From the IMG/VR virus record IMGVR_UViG_3300025769_000092: a DNA stretch of 64,000 nt; one strand, given 5' to 3'. Below are positions 59,409 to 64,000 of the stretch, in pieces. Position 1 is the first letter of the stretch. Each line of letters starts with the position of its first letter. This DNA comes from an uncultured virus (IMG/VR IMGVR_UViG_3300025769_000092). Taxonomy: Duplodnaviria > Heunggongvirae > Uroviricota > Caudoviricetes. Under the pieces are notes generated by a model. That model did not search any database. It saw only the letters and a program-made list of their open reading frames with translations, and was not told the DNA's origin. The position numbers were made by a program, and so were the translations under genes.

Positions 59409-60833
59409 ATGAGTAAATTAGATAACACAAAAAGACTTGAGTACCTAGTAAAAAGGTACGATATTTTTGAGACTGATACTAAAAGTCTTGATGATAAGGT
59501 TAGTGAATTTACACGTAAAGGAAGTCTGGTAAAAGATATAATTGGTTCTAGTGGTAATATAATTGGGTTAGAGTCATTAATAGAGAATATTAAAGTTGAT
59601 GGTGCTGGTAATAAGATAACTAAAATTAAAAAAACTATTAGTGTTTCTTTTGATGTTTTTAGTGAAATGGTTAAGTCTGACCCAACTAAGAATAAACAAC
59701 ACACTCAATGGATGTTAGACACATTTATTAGATTATTAAAAGATTCTAACTACTCAGATGCTGTTAGGTTCGTTGAAGAAGACCTACCATTGGCTAAAGA
59801 ATATTTAGAAATATTTGAACAGAACAAAAAGAAAAGGAAATTTAAAGAATTATGTAATTCTTCATATGTTTTAAAAGGGACTGTAAATGACCCAACAAAT
59901 ATAAACCAATATAAATCACTATCTCAACTATATGATGCAGTTGACCCATTTATTGAAAGGGACTCTTCAGATATGGAAAAGCAAATGCAAAGGTTTGTAG
60001 ATGCTGGTCAAGCGTTAATACCAGTTAGGGATAGAAAGTTTACAGTGTTTATTCCTTTAACTAGAGACGCTAGTGTTTTATTTGATAAATTTGCTAGTTG
60101 GTGTACTGCAACCCCTAATAACGGTATGTTTAATAATTACACTAGTAATTTAAAACCTAATGGTAAAAAATCAAATATTTATATAGTGATAGACCACAGG
60201 TTTTACAAAGGTGATTTAGATGATAACTATTTATATCAAATTCATTTTGAAAGTGGGCAAGTTAGGAATAGAAAACAAAATGGTAGGGGTAATTTCTTTG
60301 AGGATGTTATTTTAAAAAGTGATGGAGTCTCAAAATTCTTACATGAAGAATTAACTACCATGGCTAAACAATTAAAAAAAATTGAGAATAATAAGTATAT
60401 TGATTTCTTAGTTAGATTTGGTTGGACTGAGGCGCTATTTGATATAATGGATGATTATACACCAATAATTAAATTTAAAGATAGAGAGGTACCAAAAATA
60501 CCAGATATTTCTAAATTTAAGGAATTACATACATTGATAATTGCAAACGGTAAATTGCATGAATTACATCCATCAATAGGTAAATTAAAAAATATTAGAG
60601 AGATTATTTTACCAAATAATAATCTAAAATCGTTACCAAAAGAAATTGGTAATCTTAATAATTTATTATTTATAAACTTACTGGGAAATAAGATTAAAGA
60701 TATTCCAGATGAAATTAAGTATTTAGATGAAACTAATGGTGGTTCATTATATAGAATAGCTTGTAATAGAAACGAAATAGGAGAAGAAAATTATAAAAAA
60801 TTAAGAACACTACTGCCATCAGTTAAGATGTAA
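59409..60833 (+). CDS. leucine-rich repeat protein with large N-terminal domain
   Basis: C-terminal LHELHPSIGKLKNIREIILPNNNLKSLPKEIGNLNNLLFINLLGNKIKDIP. Confidence 0.8.
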   Translation: MSKLDNTKRLEYLVKRYDIFETDTKSLDDKVSEFTRKGSLVKDIIGSSGNIIGLESLIENIKVDGAGNKITKIKKTISVSFDVFSEMVKSDPTKNKQHTQWMLDTFIRLLKDSNYSDAVRFVEEDLPLAKEYLEIFEQNKKKRKFKELCNSSYVLKGTVNDPTNINQYKSLSQLYDAVDPFIERDSSDMEKQMQRFVDAGQALIPVRDRKFTVFIPLTRDASVLFDKFASWCTATPNNGMFNNYTSNLKPNGKKSNIYIVIDHRFYKGDLDDNYLYQIHFESGQVRNRKQNGRGNFFEDVILKSDGVSKFLHEELTTMAKQLKKIENNKYIDFLVRFGWTEALFDIMDDYTPIIKFKDREVPKIPDISKFKELHTLIIANGKLHELHPSIGKLKNIREIILPNNNLKSLPKEIGNLNNLLFINLLGNKIKDIPDEIKYLDETNGGSLYRIACNRNEIGEENYKKLRTLLPSVKM

Positions 60834-60904
60834 TAGCGTTAACACTTAATAATAATTTTATAAGAGCTCTCGATTGGGGGCTTTTGTTTTTTAAAGTATA
60901 ATGT

Positions 60905-61453
60905 ATGTATAATAATAAAGACATAACATTTCAAGAAATGAAATGGAAAAGACTATCTAATGGTACAATCAAAGAACCAATATTAACTTATTTAGAGAGA
61001 GTATTTAATGAAGAAATTAATAAAGGGTATACACTTAAGGTATCGATAGGTACTGACTCTCAAAGAGTTAGTAAAGGGTATAAGTTCGCAACAGTTGTAG
61101 TAATAACAACTGAAGAAGATTTAGGTGGTAACACTATTGTTGGTAGGGGCGGTATTGTTATTGGTGCTAATTATTTTTCTCAAAGATATAAGAATAACAA
61201 AAGTGGTGTTAAGGAAAGGATGTTATTTGAAGTTGCTAAATCAATTGAAGTTGCCTACAATACATCACCACTATTAGATAAATATAATATCCCTTTAGAA
61301 ATTCATGCTGATATAAACCCAGACATTAAATGGGAGTCTAATAAAGCGTTACATGAGGCTGTTGGTTATATTTTAGGTATGGGTTATGATTTCAAGGTTA
61401 AACCAGACGCATGGGCAGCATCTAAAGGTGCTGATAGAGCAACTAGGACTTGA
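60905..61453 (+). CDS. ribonuclease H-like YkuK family protein
   Basis: IGTDSQ, ERMLFEVAKSIEVA, EIHADIN, KPDAWAASKGAD. Confidence 0.85.
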   Translation: MYNNKDITFQEMKWKRLSNGTIKEPILTYLERVFNEEINKGYTLKVSIGTDSQRVSKGYKFATVVVITTEEDLGGNTIVGRGGIVIGANYFSQRYKNNKSGVKERMLFEVAKSIEVAYNTSPLLDKYNIPLEIHADINPDIKWESNKALHEAVGYILGMGYDFKVKPDAWAASKGADRATRT

Positions 61454-61730
61454 CACTTTTATATTTTTTATTATATTTATTTAAAAGAGATGCTTATGTA
61501 CGAATTGAGAACTAAAGATGGGGAAACTTTAAATAAAAAGTCAGCTGAGAGTATGGAAGATGCAATTGAATTATTCTCTAAATACAAGATGATATCATCT
61601 AAATCTTTATTGGATATATTTGATGTTGTATATGTTAGCTAAAAAAAAAATAATTGATTTTTGACTTTTTATAGATTACCCACATATTTATAATTAGACT
61701 AATAAAATTTTAAAAAAATTTCTAGAAAAT

Positions 61731-61931
61731 ATGTCAAATACTACACAAAAAACTGTTAAGATTACCGAGAACGAATTAGTTGAATTAATCGACAATATCG
61801 TAACTGAAACCGTTGCTGAAAAGAAAAAAGTATGGTTAGCTGAACAAGAATCTAAAGAAGAAAATCTATTAGAATCAAAAATAGCTGACTTAGAAGCAAA
61901 GGTTAAAGCCCTTACGGAAGGTAAAAAGTAA
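61731..61931 (+). CDS. small acidic coiled-coil protein
   Basis: VKITENELVELIDNIV; ATATTTATA upstream. Confidence 0.7.
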   Translation: MSNTTQKTVKITENELVELIDNIVTETVAEKKKVWLAEQESKEENLLESKIADLEAKVKALTEGKK

Positions 61932-62075
61932 TTTAAATTACAGAATATTTAGGCTGTTGGAATGATTTGTAAAATCACTCCACAGCTTTTTTATGTCCTA
62001 ATTTTTAATTTTACTAAAATAAATAAATAAAAAAAGCGGAATCAATTCCGCTTTATTTATAATATCATTAATTTA

Positions 62076-64000
62076 TTATGATAAGATTATTTTTTTAGTT
62101 TTCTTATCGTAAGATATTTTAATGGTCGCTCCTAACTTATATTCATCGTTAAGGACCGCATCAGTTACTGGGTCTTCAATATGTCTTTGTATTGCTCTGT
62201 TAAGAGGTCTAGCACCATATGCTTCGTCATAACCTTGTTCTGATACATATTCTATCGCTGATTTATTAACTTTAATTTTAAAACCAATCTCTTCAATCCT
62301 TTTATTAAGTTTATTCAATTCATTATGTATAATAATGTTGATAGCATCCTTTTTTAGACTGTTAAAAACTATTGTTTCATCAATTCTATTAAGAAATTCT
62401 GGTTTGAATTTTTTCTTAAGCGCTTTCTCGATGATAGCTCTAGCTTTTTCTTCTTCATTAACTATTGCAGCATCAGTTTTGAATCCCATATCTTTACCAA
62501 AACTATTTAGTTCTGTTACACCTACATTTGAAGTTAGTATAATTAAAGTGTTTTTAAAATTAACTTTTCTACCAAGACCATCAGTAAGTGTACCTTCATC
62601 TAAAAGTTGTAACAATAGATTGAATACGTCTGGATGCGCTTTTTCTATTTCATCAAATAACACAACGCTATAAGGTTTTCTCCTAACTTTTTCCGTTAAT
62701 TGACCACCTTCTTCGTACCCTACATACCCTGGTGGTGGACCAATTAATCTAGAAACACTATGTTTTTCCATGTATTCAGACATATCCATTCTAACCATAG
62801 CCTCTGTATCACCAAATATGTGTTCAGCCAATAATTTTGATAGGTATGTTTTACCAACACCTGTTGGTCCTAAGAAAATAAATGAACCAATAGGTTTGTC
62901 TTGGTCTTTTATTCCTAATCTATTACGTTTTATTGACCTAGTTACTTTAAGTACTGCATCGTCTTGACCTATAACCTTACCCATCAAGTCTTTATCCATA
63001 CTCATTAACTTTTTATTTTCTTGAGAAGAAATCTTATTGACTGGAATACCAGTCATCATAGAAACTACTTCAGACACTAAATCAACATCAACAATAGTTC
63101 TTTTTTTGTCAAGTGATTCCATCCACTCAGTTTTAGCCACTTCTAACTCTTCGTTAACTTTTCTTTCAGAGTCTCTAAGTTTTGCAGCTTCTTCGTATCT
63201 CTGTTGTTTAACTACATCATGTTTTTTCTTATTAATACTTTCTTTTTTATTTTCTAATTTTTTGATATTTTCTGGTGCTTCTTGATTTACATTAGTTGTT
63301 GCCCCAGCTTCATCTAATATATCAATAGCTTTATCTGGCATGGCTCTATCAGAAATATATCTATTAGACATCTTAACTATTTCTTCAATTGCATCTTCAG
63401 TATAAGACACTTTGTGATGATTTTCGTATTTCTCTTTAATATTATTTAATATTTCTACAGTTTCGTCTGTGGTTGGTTCATCCACTAAAACTTGTTGGAA
63501 TCTTCTGGTTAATGCACCATCCTTCTCAATATTTTCTCTAAATTCGTCTAAAGTTGTTGCACCTATTACTTGTATTTCTCCTCTTGCTAAAGCTGGTTTG
63601 AAGATATTTGCAGCATCCATACCACCAGTAGCATTACCAGCACCAACAATTGTGTGTAGTTCATCTATAAAAAGTATTACATCTGAATTATCTTTAAGCT
63701 CATCTAATATAGCTTTCATTCTTTCTTCAAATTGTCCTCTATATTTGGTTCCAGCCACTATTGATGATAAATCAAGTGAATATATTCTTTTATCTAAAAT
63801 AGTTCTAGGTGCCTTTCCTTGTCTAATAAGCATAGCTAAACCTTCCACTATAGCGGTTTTACCAACTCCTGGTTCACCTATTAAAACTGGGTTATTCTTT
63901 TTTCTTCTAGATAAAATCTGGGAAACTCTTTTAATTTCTTTAGTTCTACCAACTACTGGGTCTAGTAAATCACTTTCAGCAGATTTTGATATGTCTCTAC
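62076..64000 (-). CDS. clpC: ATP-dependent Clp protease ATP-binding subunit ClpC (5'-truncated by window)
   Basis: frame stays open past 63848 (LDPVVGR, RRKKNNPVLIGEPGVGKT); second Walker A GPTGVGKT; UVR motif; GARPL. Confidence 0.92.
   Translation of the reverse strand, partial: RDISKSAESDLLDPVVGRTKEIKRVSQILSRRKKNNPVLIGEPGVGKTAIVEGLAMLIRQGKAPRTILDKRIYSLDLSSIVAGTKYRGQFEERMKAILDELKDNSDVILFIDELHTIVGAGNATGGMDAANIFKPALARGEIQVIGATTLDEFRENIEKDGALTRRFQQVLVDEPTTDETVEILNNIKEKYENHHKVSYTEDAIEEIVKMSNRYISDRAMPDKAIDILDEAGATTNVNQEAPENIKKLENKKESINKKKHDVVKQQRYEEAAKLRDSERKVNEELEVAKTEWMESLDKKRTIVDVDLVSEVVSMMTGIPVNKISSQENKKLMSMDKDLMGKVIGQDDAVLKVTRSIKRNRLGIKDQDKPIGSFIFLGPTGVGKTYLSKLLAEHIFGDTEAMVRMDMSEYMEKHSVSRLIGPPPGYVGYEEGGQLTEKVRRKPYSVVLFDEIEKAHPDVFNLLLQLLDEGTLTDGLGRKVNFKNTLIILTSNVGVTELNSFGKDMGFKTDAAIVNEEEKARAIIEKALKKKFKPEFLNRIDETIVFNSLKKDAINIIIHNELNKLNKRIEEIGFKIKVNKSAIEYVSEQGYDEAYGARPLNRAIQRHIEDPVTDAVLNDEYKLGATIKISYDKKTKKIILS

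Noticed and set aside
1146..63285. Numerous antisense ORFs in the track (e.g. 5950-6264, 8234-8665, 25805-26134, 45120-45431, 62335-62673)
   Set aside because: Shadow frames of real genes, Ser/Leu/Ile-rich, with no promoter or leader
1..64000. Alternative genetic code (stop-codon reassignment)
   Set aside because: Conserved genes are full length in code 11, and TAG/TGA stops are followed by promoters, terminators or new starts
1..64000. tRNA, rRNA, integrase, transposase or reverse transcriptase genes
   Set aside because: No cloverleaf with GTTCRA plus acceptor stem and no diagnostic protein motifs seen by eye

Overview
Very AT-rich, gene-dense window that reads as part of a large (jumbo-type) phage genome of a Bacteroidota host. 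Evidence: Bacteroidota-type TTTG-N~19-TAnnTTTG promoters, no Shine-Dalgarno motifs, many short orphan ORFs, and host-like genes (smpB, RpoD-family sigma, acyl-CoA dehydrogenase, GSII, thioredoxin, ClpC). No virion structural gene is recognisable, so the phage call is inference. Layout: 1-2.8 kb holds HNH, smpB and sigma. 3.1-41 kb is a co-oriented array of small 'early/host-takeover' genes, most with their own promoter, split at 16.8-17.8 kb by a symmetric non-coding region where GC skew flips (origin candidate). 41.1-41.5 kb is a G/C-tract and repeat boundary, followed by a mostly minus-strand block of metabolic, nuclease and mini-gene cassettes. The most novel signal is an RNA layer in the early array: (1) six promoter-driven copies of a small RNA, ACGGG-[covarying hairpin]-AAGAGUAGACUCC; (2) a ~600-nt, highly paired, independently transcribed ncRNA that is not a recognisable tmRNA, RNase P RNA or intron; (3) five pre-terminator elements antisense to the shared 5' leader plus AUG of the early mRNAs, which change sequence together with the leader class; (4) further structured intergenic elements. 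All calls were made by eye, without database searches or folding software.
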